A stretch of DNA of 64,000 nucleotides from positions 9,722-73,721 of the forward strand of contig CAYXGE010000001.1 in the NCBI GenBank assembly GCA_964464435.1, given 5' to 3'. Shown here in pieces: positions 63,359-64,000 of the stretch. How positions within the stretch are numbered: the first letter of the stretch is position 1; each line of letters opens with the position of its first letter. The translations under genes were made by a program, and so were the position numbers. The notes beneath the pieces were generated by a model, which searched no databases, was not told where the DNA came from, and saw only the letters and a list, made by a program, of their open reading frames with translations. The DNA is from an uncultured Methylophilaceae bacterium (GTDB taxonomy: Bacteria > Pseudomonadota > Gammaproteobacteria > Burkholderiales > Methylophilaceae).

Positions 63359-64000
63359 CAAAACCAACGCTAGACCAAATCGCCAATAACCCAAGTTGCA
63401 TGGAAGATTATGACCCCAACGCCATGTCTGTGAATCAGGCACGGCTATTTATTCAGCAATTTTTAAATCCGCTCACTGAAACAGAAGCCCTACCTTTGCA
63501 ACAAGCACTAGGTAGAGTATTAGCCACAGCCATTATCTCACCCTGTAATGTGCCTAACCATGACAATAGCGCCATGGATGGTATTGCCTTTAAATATGCG
63601 GATGCCAATCAAGCTTTAAAACTGGTGGGCACTGCCTTTGCAGGTAACCCTTTTACTGGCGAAATTAATCAGGGCGAATGTATCAAAATCATGACTGGGG
63701 CCATGTTGCCACAAGGTGCCGATACCATAGAAATGCAAGAGCGTATTGATTGGACAGGCGATATTGCACACTTACAACAGTTGCCCAAACTGGGGCAACA
63801 TATCCGCCGTGCAGGCGAGGATTTAGCGCTTAATCAAACCGTGCTTGAACAAGGCACAGTACTTAAACCTGCAGATATTGGCTTAATTGCTTCATTAGGG
63901 ATTGCCGAGGTAAAAGTGTTTAGGCGCATACGCGTTGCTTTTTTTAGCACGGGAGATGAACTGGTACCAATCGGCACACCGCTTAAAGCTGGGCAAATTT
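63355..64000 (+). CDS. moeA: molybdopterin molybdotransferase; 3' end truncated by the window edge
   Basis: The ATG at 63355 overlaps the mobA stop (ATGA). The translation ...V.QAR......L.....E.LPL..ALGRVLA..I.SP..VP..DNSAMDG.A... is MoeA-like. It is not in the ORF track because the ORF is open at the edge. Confidence 0.88.
   Translation, partial: MTKPTLDQIANNPSCMEDYDPNAMSVNQARLFIQQFLNPLTETEALPLQQALGRVLATAIISPCNVPNHDNSAMDGIAFKYADANQALKLVGTAFAGNPFTGEINQGECIKIMTGAMLPQGADTIEMQERIDWTGDIAHLQQLPKLGQHIRRAGEDLALNQTVLEQGTVLKPADIGLIASLGIAEVKVFRRIRVAFFSTGDELVPIGTPLKAGQI

Overview
This window looks like about 64 kb of densely packed core chromosome from a moderately AT-rich (by eye) betaproteobacterium. 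The synteny blocks support this: rplU-rpmA-obg-proB, xseB-ispA-dxs, pilD-coaE-zapD-yacG, argJ/DUF815/Nudix-ThiE, secA/M23/DUF721, rsmI<>lpoA-yraN-diaA-dolP, trxA-rho and moaA-mobA-moeA. Coq7, FolE2, PCu(A)C and a PEP-CTERM cargo protein are also present. A Methylophilaceae/Nitrosomonadales-like origin is only a guess. I can support about 70 protein genes, one tRNA-Arg(CCG), the RNase P RNA (rnpB, minus strand) and several intrinsic terminators. I saw no rRNA, CRISPR array, transposase, integrase, prophage genes or recognisable defence system. Most of the window is ordinary housekeeping sequence. Four loci seem worth follow-up. (1) A tight three-gene cyclic-nucleotide operon at 1568-5670: a CHASE2-sensor class III cyclase, a class-II-like MBL phosphodiesterase, and a tandem-CNB protein ending in a catalytic rhodanese. 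(2) An orphan 793-aa GAF + T2SSE_N + GspE/PilB-type ATPase co-transcribed only with a 73-aa two-TM protein (28532-31143). (3) A VPxPAA(PEP)-CTERM cargo protein and a TPR/SPINDLY-type O-GlcNAc transferase flanking rnpB (46843-50027). (4) A 535-aa protein with a non-canonical PilZ-like C-terminus upstream of trxA-rho. All functional calls come from motif recognition by eye; no searches were run.
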